A stretch of 53,375 nucleotides of DNA, the filler included, from Sphacelaria rigidula (Eukaryota): assembly GCA_964200075.2 (NCBI GenBank). It is 4 parts of 4 records of this genome, joined end to end, with 100 filler letters (N's around TTAATTAATTAA, not from the genome) between each part and the next. Parts side by side here need not be neighbours in the genome. Positions count along the whole stretch, not along the records: positions 26,740 to 40,007 come from CAXNAA020003014.1; 3 more parts are not named here. One strand, 5' to 3'. The notes below the pieces were generated by a model. The model did not search any database, was not told where the DNA came from, and saw only the letters and a program-made list of their open reading frames with translations. Below, piece by piece: positions 26,741 through 39,930 of the stretch (positions are counted from its first letter, which is position 1; the number at the start of each line of letters is the position of its first letter). Position numbers and translations under genes: made by a program.

Positions 26741-28712
26741 TCGGGGAGCGCATGTGCATGGTGACCGTCTTCTTTTCCGACACGACGAGGCCGAACGCCG
26801 CACAGACCTCGACAATGGCCGTCATCATCTTTGGCAGGCTTGCTCGAGACCGCGAGGCGATTCTAGCGTCGTCGGCGTAAAGCATGGCCCAGAGCACTTT
26901 GTTGAGTTCGTCCCTGGTTTTCCCGCCCCTTGAGTGATCCGGATGAAATCCTGCACCACCGCTTTATTGATCGAGAAGCAGTCGAATGATACCGTCATCA
27001 CCGCCGCGAAAAATATGTTGAACGTATCGGGGGAAAGTACACAACCTTGGCGGACGCCCTGGTTTACGTCAAACCACTCAGATGTCTCGCCGCTGTCCAG
27101 GCGTACGCATGCCCGTATGCCGTCATGGAAGTGGCGGATGGTGGAACTAACCTTGGCGGGTATATCGTAGCGTGCTAGAACTTCCCAGAGAATAGAGCGG
27201 TCCCCTGAGTCGTGCGCTTTTTGGAGGTCGATGAAGCTTATGTACAGAGGAAGACTCTTCGCTCGGGCCAGTTCTTGGAGTCTGCGTACAACAAACATCA
27301 TGTCGACTGTGGAACGGCCAGGTCGGAAACCGCATTGCGCTTCTGGGAGGATTCCCTTCCACTCGCAGTAGGCGCTGATGCGATTCGCAACTATCTTGAG
27401 CACCACCTTGCCCGCGTGGGACCCGAGAGAAATACCGCGGTAGTTGCCACATTCGGACGGGTCCTGTTTGTTGAAGGGCACCTCGATGATAGTGTATTTC
27501 TACTCTTACGGTACAACTTCCTAACGCCACACGGTGCGCACAATGCCGTGGAGGCACTTCAGGATGGCAGATTCTTCGGTGCGGCCGAGCCTCAAAAGTT
27601 CGCCACAGATGCTGTCCGTCCCGACGGCCTTACCGTTCGCCAGTTTGCCCACCGCTTGCTTCACTTCTGCCATCGATGGCTCCGCCGCGAGCGGTGTGTG
27701 CTCTGGCAGCTGTTCGATGAGATCGATGACAGAGTGATCGACTGTAGGTGAGGTTGCGTACAACAGTGTGTCAAACCATTCCTTCCGTCGTTGCAGGATG
27801 GCTTGCTTGTCCCGCAAAAGTTCGCCAGTCGCGATCCGGACGTAGGTTGAGTCGCTCTGCTTCTTCCCTTCCAGTTTCAAGGACTTGATATGCTGGTAGA
27901 GTCCTGCTTGATCCTTCTTGCGAACAAAGTCCGCGGTCCGGACTGTGAACTCGTGGACGAAGCTCTGCAGCTCAGCATCCTTCACCCGCTTAAACACCTT
28001 GTCCGTCACCTTCAGCGCCTTCTTCAGGACAGTTTCTTCGGGGTTTGATTTCCCCCCCCCCCCATACACTTTCCATGAGATCCCATGCCTGTTGAAGGCG
28101 ATCTGAGCTTGAGATGCCTCACTGAAACCTCTAGATGAGGTTTTCTTGGGGCATCGAGGGAGTGTATCCGCGGCCATCTATCGCAGGGCGTTGGCGAAGG
28201 TAAATGCCATGCGGTTGACGTCCATTACGCGGGAGAATCAGTGGCATTCGGGAGCTTAACGACAATGGCGTGTGAAACATAAGCTCTCCAGCTGAGGTCG
28301 AATGCGAGGGCTTGGCGATCGAACCGCATTCCCTTATCCCCGCCTCTCGGTCGGGGTTGGCGGTTGGGGGCGTTCCGCCCAAGCAGGAGGATGGCGGCAG
28401 AGACCAGACGATGGTCCGATTTCATCTCGGAGTGCACCGTGACATTTCGGACGAGTCTGCGGTCTTGCTGATGTCTGAGAATGTAGTCCAGGCGCCAGCG
28501 GTGTTCGACCTTCGGCCCCGAATATGCGATACACGGTCGAGCTTTCCCCGTGCATTGGTGTGCGAAAAAATGTGTTGATGATGGTAATTATATTCTCCGC
28601 GGCGCATTTCAGGAGGTGTCTACCATTATCGTTCCGGGTGTCTCTGCCATACCCTCCCAATACCCGAGCGTTATCCATGCCTCCTACTTCTCTCTTCACG
28701 GTACGAGCATAG
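26741..28712 (-). mobile_element. RTE-type non-LTR retrotransposon (AP endonuclease + reverse transcriptase), frameshifted, 5'-truncated, 3' end in gap
   Basis: APE motifs (NDNGRHLL, NTFF, SDHRLV) and RT motifs (CGNYRGISL, LPEAQCGFRPGRST, FIDLQKAHD, GVRQGCVLSP, LYADD) are split over several frames. Confidence 0.92.
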
Positions 28713-28759
28713 TACGTAGGTCATACAGCTCAAGTGTGAAAACACCTGTGTACCCGATT

Positions 28760-29700
28760 CGGGTGATACAATGCAATTAGTCATGGAACGGTCCTCGTGA
28801 TCCGGACATTATCGATCAGGAGGGAGGTGTCTTGTACGGGTTATGGGGATACATGGGTTCTGCTTGACGTGTCGTGTACACCTGATTCGGATTACATAGA
28901 TGTGCCCAAGGAGATGATGCACGGATACTTGAGTCATACAGATGATCAACAGACATATACGTATGAATCACACGGGTCATACAGATCATGATCAGACGGA
29001 TACGTACGAATCGCACGGGTGGTACAGTACAGGTCAGGTAAGGAATACTGAATACTGCTTATTGTATACTTCATTCGGATGCGCCGACAGTGCACATCTT
29101 CGAGAAAAGTATGCAGCTATACCGTGGAACCACTCGGTATAAGATATACGTACAGTACTTCATTTTCCATATGCCCGGGTTGCCACAGCCAACGTCCGAA
29201 CTTATGAACATGCATTGTACCCGGGCCATACAGGTTGACAAGTGAGGGAGCTGATTTGCATACTTGATCCGGATCTTACGGATGCCGGATAGGGTTTCTT
29301 GTATACTGTACTAGATTCGGATTCCACAGGAAAGGGGTAGCTTTTGGTGTACTTGAGATTCAAATCGCAGGGTCAACGACAAGCTACTGCGCTTGCTTGA
29401 CCCGAGTGATATAAATTACAACTATGTGATGTTGTACAGATGACACGGGTCTGCAGATCAGTTGTGCACGAACGAAAGTGTGTGTGTGTGTGTGTGTGCA
29501 GTGGGTCGTACAGCTTTTCGCTCGGAAAACATGTACGGGTCAAGCGGGCCCTACGGATCAGCATCGGACAAAGGTGTACGGGTGACAGCTCACCTCGGAC
29601 GGATCATGACCTATGCCCCGAATGAGCTGACCCGGATCTGTCACGAGCTGATCCGTCCGACGTGTGCAACATTTCACCTCGTGCGCTCGGAGGATGCACA
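28760..29700. repeat. Degenerate subrepeat-rich non-coding tract
   Basis: Recurrent (t/c)acgggtc, catacagat and ggatc motifs; ~48-bp tandem at 28920-29020; (GT)n at 29478-29498. Confidence 0.45.
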
Positions 29701-30259
29701 TGCTCCAATTTGCCAACACCAACACTACTCCCTCGTCGCGAGATCAGCGAAAGCTGAGGTATAGGGATCGTTGCGCCCAACAGAACATGCCCTGTGATGG
29801 AGGAAGCGCCCGCGTTTGATCGCGAACCCAACATTAACCCTTGCCCACTCAACGACTATCAAACTCAAAGCTCTATCCATTCCCTGTGCTCGAGGTGGCA
29901 CCGGAGTGCACTATGAAGTTCAATTTTACCACACTCCTGGCAACGTCGGCGATAGACGGGCGGCGAGAGACCACCGAGCTCAATATTCTACAGGCAACAT
30001 CGGCTTGATTCATCTATGCCCCAAGTGTAATGGAATTCAAATAGGCAATACGTGAGCTGTTGAGTGGCATATCAAAATCGGAAAACTGGGATTCGTGCGC
30101 ACAGGCGTTGATGTGCGTGCGTCTACAAGAGTTGATGCACATGATCTTTCTTTCAGCATTTCGATGTGACTTGATGGCATCGGATAGTTGAGCTAAGTAT
30201 ACGTTTCTATGTGTTTTCAAGCCTTTTCCTCATCTCGACAAGCTTTCTGTGACTTGCAG

Positions 30260-33200
30260 ATACTACTCGGAAATGCCATGGGCGGCCATCCCCTTCAATG
30301 ACGAGAGCAGACGCCGAGCCCTATCGCATCGCTTGGGTGTGCGCGGTATTCCCGCCCTGGCAACGATAGGAATGGACGGTTCGATGATCAACCAAACATC
30401 CAAGGGAGCTGCCATGGCGGACCCCAAGGTGAGGGTAAATTTGTGACGATTATGGTGGCCGGGTGATGTTCATGACCCAATGTCATCCTCATCAGTCAAT
30501 AATAGTCGTGGCAGGTGTCGAGGTTTGACACACGAGGGTGCATTGGAAAATCAGAAAGTGGAGTATGACGGTGGGGCACGAACAGCTTAAATAGTTGCGA
30601 TGAGAAGTATACTGTACACAGGATTGCCGCGAACGAGCTACGTCTAGTCCTGGCGTCGTGTTCGACGATGAAAATTCGTTTGCGGATTCGAGTACAGATA
30701 CCACGTCACAGCTGCTAGTGTGATGTTTGTCGAACCATGGTGCGCAATGCACCGTATCTTGTCGCCTGTGATGTATGGAACGTTGTCGCACCAGGGTTTG
30801 GAGTTCCCGTGGTGGCCGAAGCCTATCGAGGATTTGGGGGTGAGCAGCCAGAGCAACGGCTTCCACCTGCAGGAGATACCCTCTCTCGTCATCTTCATGG
30901 AGGCAGCAGATGATATGGAGCAGAAAGAGGTGTCCCGCTTTTTTCGGTACTAGGAGTAGTTGCGTCGTTTTTTCTGTGGGGCACGTTGGTATGTGTGTCT
31001 ACATACTTCGAACCGACCATTGTTTCCACTCGCTCTTCCGAAGGGTCGACGATGCTTAATAGTAGTCAGCACTGCACTTGGGTTGCGATTTCAATATTCA
31101 TATTCATGTGTGACGCACTTGGCTGAGACACCTTGCGCCAATGAATCCCGTTGTTGAAGAATACGTGTCTTCATGCTGGGCTAACGCGCCCTACCCGATG
31201 CCGCACGATGTATGAACTTCAGGTAGAGGCAGCGCTTCTGCCCATCGCAGAGACCGAAGCCAAAGCAGGAAAGGAGGCAGGGTTGCCTGCGCTTATTTTC
31301 TTTACGGCAAAGTCGGAATCAAGCGTTTCGCACCAAGTTCGCAATGTGTGCAACATGAGAGACGTGTCGCCGGCCCCGCAGGTGATCGATGCGTATGTAT
31401 TGATGCCCTTATTCCTGTACTGTGAGGTACTTTCTGAGTAAAAAACCAGTAGGTGCTACAGGCCAGAGTCGAAGCTTTGGATAATTGAGCGAAAAACGCT
31501 GCGTCCGAGTGCTGTTTGGATTATATAATATATTTTTTGAGTAGTGTCATGTGTTTCGCAAGCGCCAGAGTGCTTCTCCGGGTTCGCCGTGAAAGGGCGG
31601 AGTGCCTTGAAACGTAGCCCCCGTCTGGCAGAACAGACCACGGATTATCTGGTTCAATTTGGAACACTTCTGACGCGTTGTCAAATATCGCATTCGCTTC
31701 CACAACAGGCCAAACAGATGTCAAAGCGTTGTCAAGTGTTGCGCTCAGGTTCGAACAACTTCCCAAAGCCTCGCCTAGGATATCTATTTATTCAGCCCGA
31801 CTTCTCGAAATATTATCGAATATCTGTAAATTTATAAGAGCCTGCCAAAGCGTTCTTGTGTATCGACATTTGGCACGAAAATATACAAATATCTGCGGAT
31901 GTGTGTGCATGTCCCACGTTCGGCACACCAATAAATTACCGTCTTGCAAAAGTGGAAGTTGGTTATCAGATGAACGATTCTGTTCATGTGCTAATGGTGA
32001 ACTATTTTAGTGAAGTTGTGCTGGGATCCCGTACGTTAAGCTTTCATCTCAAAAACGGAAACGTTACTGTAGTTCCATACAGGCTGGTTCAGGGTTAACG
32101 ACCGGAACTCACTCCCCAGGGATCCTCCACGCCGTTTTTTCGAGCCTAAAATTGTGCACGCGGGTCTAGAAAGGCTGTGTGAATATTGATGGGGTCTTTT
32201 CATTTGTTTCATCGCTAGACATCCTGGGACCCTGGACATCGGGCGACCAAAAGTAAATCGAAAGACCCCATTCATAGACACCGCCTCCTGGGACCCCGGA
32301 TATCTGGCGAAAAAGCAAATCCAGAGGCCCCATTCATATGACCTTTCTAGAAATCTCAGAGCACCCATGTGCAGAATTTCAGGGTCTCTGTCGAATAAAC
32401 GGCGTGCAGGATCGACCGTATGTGCGTTGCAGCATGCAGATATACGCTGAATCCCCCCGACCATTTGGTTGTAGTATATGCTGCTGACGTTTGCCTTGTT
32501 CGCTTGAGCTTTAACCGACCGTTTGGGATCAGTTTGTCGAGTCACGCAACGCAACTTTGGACAGGCGTTTGAACTACCTCAGGAGCCAAATGCGAAGTTT
32601 TATTTTTGAGCAATCTCTGCCCGCTTCTCGGGTTCTTGACACTGGAACACCCAGAAGCCAGTAGAGAGCGGATAAACTTTGAAAATATTCAATATATTTT
32701 TCCCCCTCTCGTAGCACCCGTATCTACCAAATTGGTGAGCTTGAGGATGATCGGAGCTTTACTACAAAAGTTAGAAGGGACAAACGTCAAAAGGCTTTCT
32801 GGGTCTTCGATGCATGAATCAGTCGAAATCCGACGATGCCGAAACCCCACATATCCGAAAAACCGCGTTTTGGGGTATAACTAGATCCCATACAAACCGT
32901 TTTCAACTCTGTTTCTTGTGGTAAAATCTCCTGCTAATAACCCTTACCGAGGTCTAATTCGTGGTAAGATTGGGTACAACTTGAGGCGTGAGTTCACATT
33001 TTTCAGAAATAGTTTTGAAGGCCCCTGATGTGCCGAGAAACAATTTTACTACCAGCGCCACGGCTGAAGACGCAAGAGAAAATCTGGCGATGCCACACGG
33101 TTCGCGTGGTCGTGGGGGTCGCTACGATACCAAACATGTTTCTGTCGGATCAGTTTTTTGTTTTGTATCTAGTGGGGAAAAAAATTCGGGGGTTCAACCT

Positions 33201-36200
33201 GATCCAGTTTATATATAGTAAGGGCGTGCGTGTCTTCGCACTTTTTTCTCCGACCGAAGAAGTGCAGTCGATTTTTTTTGGCAATGACCTAGAACAGGTA
33301 TATCTTCCCGTTTTTTTGCCTGAGAAAGGTACGAAAAATGGCCAGAAACGCGAAAACAGCATAAGACATCATTTAGACAGTTGTCGCCCCGATTTTTCCA
33401 CGCACATCACTCGGGGGGGGGCTTTGCACCAGGGCTTCGAAAAAAAACGAAAAAAAAAACATGTTACTCGCGATATGTGGCCACGCGATAATGGACGTCT
33501 CACCTCCAGAAACCGCTTACCCTTTCTAGGCCAAGAATCACCAGGTATACCTGATTCAGAAATTCTTGCTCAATCGCGCACCTTACCTGGGCCACCGATC
33601 GACCAAGAGCGTACCTGTGCTAGGCCATTGCTCTCTACACTATACCTGATGCGGCACATCGCGCGCAAGGGAGTCTAGGCGCCAACACCAACCATGGCGC
33701 CCACACATTCGGCTCTTCTCCCGCTCATTTGCCGTTCACGGACACCACATCGACCACGCCCCTTTCTCCCTGGAAATGGTTCCCAAGTCTCCCCGCGTCC
33801 GTGTTTTGTGATGCGGGGGGTTGTGGAATATTGTACTGTTGCGATCTCGGGGCTGGTGTCAGGGTCAAGCTGAGCTCTTCCGTCACCAACACGCGGTTGT
33901 CGCATCGTATAGCGATGGTTGGTCCAAGCGACGGATACAGTACTGATCATCATTCCAATTTCAGTAAGTGAATAATCAGTTTCTGCCGCGGGTAAAAATT
34001 CGACGAATCGTTGTTTAGTGCCTCGATTTTTGCGACTTGCATTTGCGACATGATTTTTGCGGCTCGAATTTTACGACTTTTTTTTTGCTAGATTTTTCCA
34101 CTCTCAAACCCCTATTGATTTTGTATTTTTGGGGAAAACTTTGTCGAACAGAAACCAAACGCACCTTGCTCCAAGGGGCACCTGGACACGCAGCAGTTGC
34201 TGCTGCTTACCTCGTACCATCCTCCGAATCGAAGTCTTGAGTGAGAATGCCAAGCATGCAGCTGTTAGATGCGATCACTGCGTTCTGCCATGGACCCTTC
34301 CCCACGTACTCGACGAGGGGGCAACATCCCCATACAGACGGAAGCAATACTAGCGGATTTCACGTCCTGCCAGTCTGGTAGCCGGCAAGGTGGGTATGGT
34401 AGTGTCCTTCTAGCGATATCAACTTACAGCGCACTGGAGCAGAGTTTTCAGGTGAATGTTTCGACGATTGCCTCACCTGCAGTCCGCCTATATGTTGCGG
34501 TTTGTTTCACGATCTTACCGTGAGTAGCATTATAAACACTTGAATGTGGAAATATACCAGGCCCTGCATTTTGAGTGGAAATGCACCAGACCCTGCATTA
34601 TATGTGCAAATGTACCAGACCATTGACAAATATATCTAGAGTCAGTACGAACACGATGTTGAAAGTGTACTGTGCACAGTGTGTTGTGCATGTTGTCGTC
34701 GCATCTATTCTGGACGCCGGTCTCCATCTTTCGGTATATTTGGGCGCACCAGCCGCGGCTGTGTTACGATACAGCTTCGCCCAAGATACATAAAGTGGCG
34801 AAGGCGTCCTTTCACTCCTGCGTGCACCACCTGGGGCAAACGCACCCTGTATCTGCAGCACAGGCAGCTTTACAAAATGTGACGTAGCGATATAGCGCGT
34901 AGCGAGGGGTGATACCCCGCGTACACCTTGGCCGCAGATACAAGAGGCTGCGTTCATGATGTGGCGCACTGCACAGGACAACGCGAAACCAATGCACGAC
35001 AGGGATAGGCTAAGGATGTGAAGTCCTGCGGTGTACTTTGTCACCCTGCGCCCTGCCGCTGTGCAGTGAGCAGGTAGTACCGCCGAAAGCTTCACGCTGC
35101 GATTGGTACGCAGTGTCGAACACAGCAGCAAGCACCATATTTCATGTACCGTGCGTAGATCTGTGTTCTAAGACCCATGCGCGCACACACAGCAACAACT
35201 ATCGCCATTATCCATCGATCAGGGGGGTACCCACCTCCTCAAATGGGGCACCCGGGTTCCCCCCCCCCCCCCCCCCCCCCCTCCCCCCCCCCCCAAAAGG
35301 GGTTTGGGCCCCCGGGGGGGGGGGGGGGCCCGCCTTTCCCGATATGGGGCCCCTCGATCCACCTTTCAGCTGCTTGACGCTTGACGCTGTCTCCTGTCTG
35401 CCCGAGAAACAGCAGTTTGCAACATATATAGTCTATGACATACCGAGAAGCAAGTCCTGTACGTGTACTTGAAAACAGGCATAGTAGTGGCTAGGACTAG
35501 TGCCAGACGACCTGGCCAGAATTTATCGGGAGTCGGCTCGCGTCGCAGCATCGGCTTGCTGCGGGCCCTTGTAATTATAGGACGACGGCAATAACACGAA
35601 GACGACTGATCTTTTAATACAACGTTACGCTTCCGTGCAACGACACATCACCATACCCCGGGTGCGTGCGGCAGACCTTCATTCTAGATCCACTTCTCAC
35701 AAGGGCCCAGCCGAGACCGCTCTGGTTTTACCGCCGCAATCCAAGACCGCAACGTCACAAACATCGAAATGAATCGAAATTGGAAGTGCCCTGGACACAG
35801 GGCAATCCATGCATATAGACTTGAGGACAGAACAGTGATTGTGTTCACAACTACAGTATCTTCTGCGGACTCAAATAACTTCTCGCTGGCCGTTGGTGAC
35901 TGCTATGCATGGCCCCGATAGTCGTGATGGGTGTGTCCCGCGAGTGTTGTCGTTGGGCGCACGTTACTCTGTACCGTAGTGCTGAACGCTATTGCTCTTC
36001 TGTCCCTGCTTCTATATGCGTGACGGCCAGTACTGTATCCGTTGTCGATGTTTTCGCGTTTCTGGCCGTACCTTCCTCAGGGAAAGAACGGGAAGGTATA
36101 CCTTTTCTATGCCGTTGCTCTTTTTTGCCGATCTGATAGGTCCACAGCATTTATGTTCCTAGAAGGCTTGAACTCAAAATCATAATCAGTGGCGCGCGGA

Positions 36201-37468
36201 GAAAACGCATTGGCGACAAAAGCTTCACGTTTTCGATCGAAAACATGCGGTCGAAAGGAACGAAGAGGCACGTGATTCCCATCTTACAGACCACCACGCC
36301 AGATCCCACCCGTGCACAGAACCATACAAACTTCATTCACCTCATTTTCACCTATCACCGCTACCCTGCAGCATAGAGCACGAGTTGAGCACAGGAATGG
36401 AAACACTGCAGTAGTTGGATGTAGTTTTTTTTGTTGGCGAAAACTCGCGCATCTTCTTTCATGATAAAGCTCAGCGACGGAGCTGCGTGGTACAGTGGGC
36501 AACCGAGTGGCATACACGCCCATGGACAGTGCAGGCAGTACAAAGCTGCACGTTGTTGGAGTCCTTTTCACGTCGCAAGCAGAGAGAACTGATAGTTCTG
36601 GGCTGTCTGCACTGCACGTTGCTCGCTTCTATATGAAATCCTACGGTACGAAACATGCACACACGCACTCAAGACGCACCGCAAGCAGTGCCGATAGTAC
36701 AGACTGTTTGCGCTGTTCACAGGCGACCACGTACCGTTTCACGAATTTGACTTTTTTTTCCCGATCGAATACTTGAAAATTCGCTTGGACCCGCCTTAAG
36801 AGTAAATGAGCGATTTTCATATCAATTCCATCGCCCCATTTTTTCGATCGAAAAAAAAGTGCTAAGACAAGTTTTAAGAGTAATGCGCAACATCAGGTTG
36901 CCATGAGTACGTACGTTCCGGCACAAAATTGACTTTCGGCAGCCCGGTAGGCAGATGTGTGTGTGTATGGGTACATGAGACGCTCCGCATGTACCAGATA
37001 TAGATGTACATGCGTATCACGCAATCTCGGGTTCACTTTGAATAAGTGCTCCGGGCAAACTCTCTTCATGAAGGCGTGGGCAGTCATGATCTCTTTCGGT
37101 TGCCGATCAGAGCAGCTTTGCAAACATGGTCAGATAATCGATACATGTAAGAAGATGACGTATTTTTGAACAAGAGCCTAGAACACGCAGTAGAACTTCT
37201 GCTCTGGCAGACGTGTGAAAGGCGGAGAGCGCACGCAAACACTTTCATGGCCGATGACCATGTGCAGAGTTGCAACTCAGCCGCCATGTGTACGCCGCTG
37301 CGGATTGACGTTACATGACAGATGGTCATAATCAATGTACCTGGTAATGGGGCCTACTACGTGCCTGCTGGGGGAGCGTCGACGGAGGTTTCTGCGACGA
37401 CGATCGGGCAGTTCATCAAGGATTTCAAGCAAGGAAAGCTGGAAAGGTCACAGCTGACGAGAGGATAG
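30260..37468 (+). CDS. NXN: Nucleoredoxin-like thioredoxin-fold protein, 3' part (4 exons)
   Basis: Exons 30260-30428, 30795-30929, 31223-31381 and 37322-37468 are phase-consistent. They give YYSEMPWAAIPFNDESRRRALSHRLGVRGIPALATIG...DPKGLEFPWWPKP...LIFFTAK...VRNVCNM...PQMVIINVP...IGQFIKDFKQGKL*. MPW.AIPF/V.GIP/FPW.PK are tryparedoxin/nucleoredoxin hallmarks. The active-site exon is not visible. Confidence 0.85.
34690..34758 (-). mobile_element. SINE 3' end fragment
   Basis: Reverse complement ggctggtgcgcccaaatataccg...accggcgtccagaatagatg matches 6630-6682. Confidence 0.6.
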
Positions 37469-38257
37469 CGGCAGCGCCGCTAATAATATGGTGCTTGATA
37501 AGAGGGACAGGAAGAGGTCGCTCGCGGTGGACGCAGTTCGGCGTGTTCACTTTGTATCTGTTTTTAAGCGTGAGGAGAAAAATTACACTAAGCATCGTTG
37601 ATTAGACGACTATGGCATACTAACTGACTAGCAATATCAGGGTCATACTGCAGTAAGTAGTACCTGGAAGTGTATCACTACTTGTTGTTCGAATGGTTCG
37701 TGCTCGCTGCTCGTTCTGTGTGTGCACAGTTTTTCATGTGCTGGCAGCGACCGTGCATTCTTGACTGCAAGAATATTCCACGGTCCTGACTTTCCAGCTC
37801 AGCATGATTTTTGAGTGGAATATATAAATGATCGAAACGAGGAGGGAATATGCACTGAACGCTCGCTATTATTCCAGTCGACCAGTTCTTTTGACGGTTT
37901 GAACACTCTCATTGGTTGCGAAGGACCCAACCTGTCACTGCACCGGATGGGAAGCGCTGTTTTTTCCCGATCACCTTCCAGTAGGATAGCTCAAGCACGA
38001 TTTTCGCTTGTGTACGCCAGTCTAGACGTCTCGTTCCTTCACTTGATGGTGAATTCTGGATTTTGATGCACCTCGCCCATCACCCTTTTCCCCCTTGAAA
38101 GTCAAAAGGGTCGGATTTTACGGTCAGTGTTCCGTAGATGATCAACCGACGAAGGGACAACCGGAAGTCGGGAATATGCGATAAAGGGTGACGCCCCCAG
38201 AAAGCGGCGGCAATCCATGAGGAAATGCGTTGACGAACAACTCTTACGATGCCATTG

Positions 38258-39480
38258 AGGGGAGGGGGGGGCGGGGTGAGCGTACTCATTTGTTGCTTGC
38301 CTTGGTCATTCGACCATTGACCATGCATTCCTTTCGAGACGGAGAACCGTTCCTACTCCTGATAGAGACACCTCCAACATTCCGGCGCTCGTTACGTTTC
38401 TTCCATACGTGACACAAAAACCTTTTACATATCTTATCCCCGTCCTGTTTCGCCGTCTCTGGCCACCATTTATGACCTAGTATAGCCATCATCTTCTCCC
38501 TACTGTCTAATGCATCAAGCGATTTCATGCCTCCTTTGTTCACATCCCGCATCTCGCCCTCTAGCACGTCCCGTTCCTCCTTGTATAGTTCACATTCTGC
38601 CACTGCATGACTTCTGCTCTCTGTTGCTTTGTCACAGAGGCAATTCTGTCCATCTACTTTCTCCTCCTTTCGACTACTGGTATATCTCTTGCTTCTTTCT
38701 GCCAGGTCTAGGTCCTCCACCCGAAATCACAATTTCATATGTTTCGCAGCGTCCATGGGGCCATGCAAATATGCTTCCATTCCGATCCTCTCTCTCAACC
38801 ACTCCTATATCTATAGGTGTTTTTCCTCGTCTACCTTGCGTCTGACACACGGGATCTTACAAATTGGGGATGGATCTTTTATTGGGGATGAGAAACCCAG
38901 AGAATCAAAATGTTAATATCCGTACCAAATCTTCGAAATATGGTTCCATTTCTTCACCGACTGAGAGCATTGCCAACTGCTACACACCATAGAAATTTGG
39001 ATCCCGATCACCGAAATGTTGGGGTCCTAGTTGAAAAACCAATTCCGGAACCATTTTGTCGTCCGTTCGGACACCCGGAATTCCCCCAAATTGGATTTTC
39101 ACCTAGGACCCCAACATTTCGGTGATTTATATCCAAATTCGTATGGCTTGTAGCAGTTGTCAATAGCTATCAGTAGGTGAAGAAATGGGACCATATGTCG
39201 AAGATTTGGTGCGGATACACGAAGACATCGATTCTCCGGGTTTCTCATCCCCAATTTGTAAGATCCATCCCCAATTTGTAAGATCCCGTGTTGTGAGAGC
39301 TCCTGTTTCCCATATTTCGATCATGTCTCTTGGTTTTGCCTTGTACCCCGCGTCTTCACCTATGGACAGCATTTCGTCTTGGTTTCCGCCCATCTCCTTC
39401 CATATTTTCTCGACTTCTCTATCCCACCTTATGACCCACCCTTTCGTACTTTTCCTTCATACATCCTGATCAATTACAGC
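38258..39480 (-). mobile_element. LINE ORF2 C-terminal remnant (CCHC zinc knuckle), interrupted by a MITE
   Basis: ...EAYLHGPMDAAKHMKL*FRVEDLDL...CLCDKATESRSHAVAECELYKEER...FLCHVWKKRN...ASNK*; in-frame stops; ends in TGAGTAC + C-rich tail. Confidence 0.75.
38848..39290. mobile_element. Foldback MITE with ~190-bp TIRs, CACG...CGTG ends, inserted in the LINE remnant
   Basis: cacgggatcttacaaattgggga / tccccaatttgtaagatcccgtg; inner caccgaaatgttggggtcctag / ctaggaccccaacatttcggtg. Confidence 0.85.
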
Positions 39481-39930
39481 TGCTAATCTCTTTCTCTGCA
39501 TGTTTGTCGTGGTCTGATCACGAGGTGATACTGGTGTTACTCTCGAAGAACATACTAGGCCAGGGGTGACACGAGGCCAGCGGCTGGCTAGGGCGAACGA
39601 TTGCAATCGAGCAGAGTGACCCTTGGGCACTTGCGTAACAGACCATTGAGTCCGATAAGCACTGCATCATAAGGCCAAGCAGGGACTCACTTTCGTGTGC
39701 AGAAGAGGTGCTCTTGACTTGCTTGCAAGCGGAATGTCTCCAACTGTGGCTGATAGCTTTTGTCACTAGGCTTGTCCGGTTGCTAAAAACATGACTGACC
39801 GGCCGGGGGGTGATACTGCGGAACCCGACTGGAATATAACCCGACTAACGTACAGCTGGAGTACGACCTTTCGCACAAATCACGCACATCGAGAACGCCT
39901 TCTATATAAGCGACTGATATCCGCCGGCAG

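Noticed and set aside
35215-35360. Poly-Pro/poly-Gly ORFs and G-quadruplex-like tract
   Set aside because: Long C and G homopolymers within an intron; low complexity and possibly low-quality sequence.
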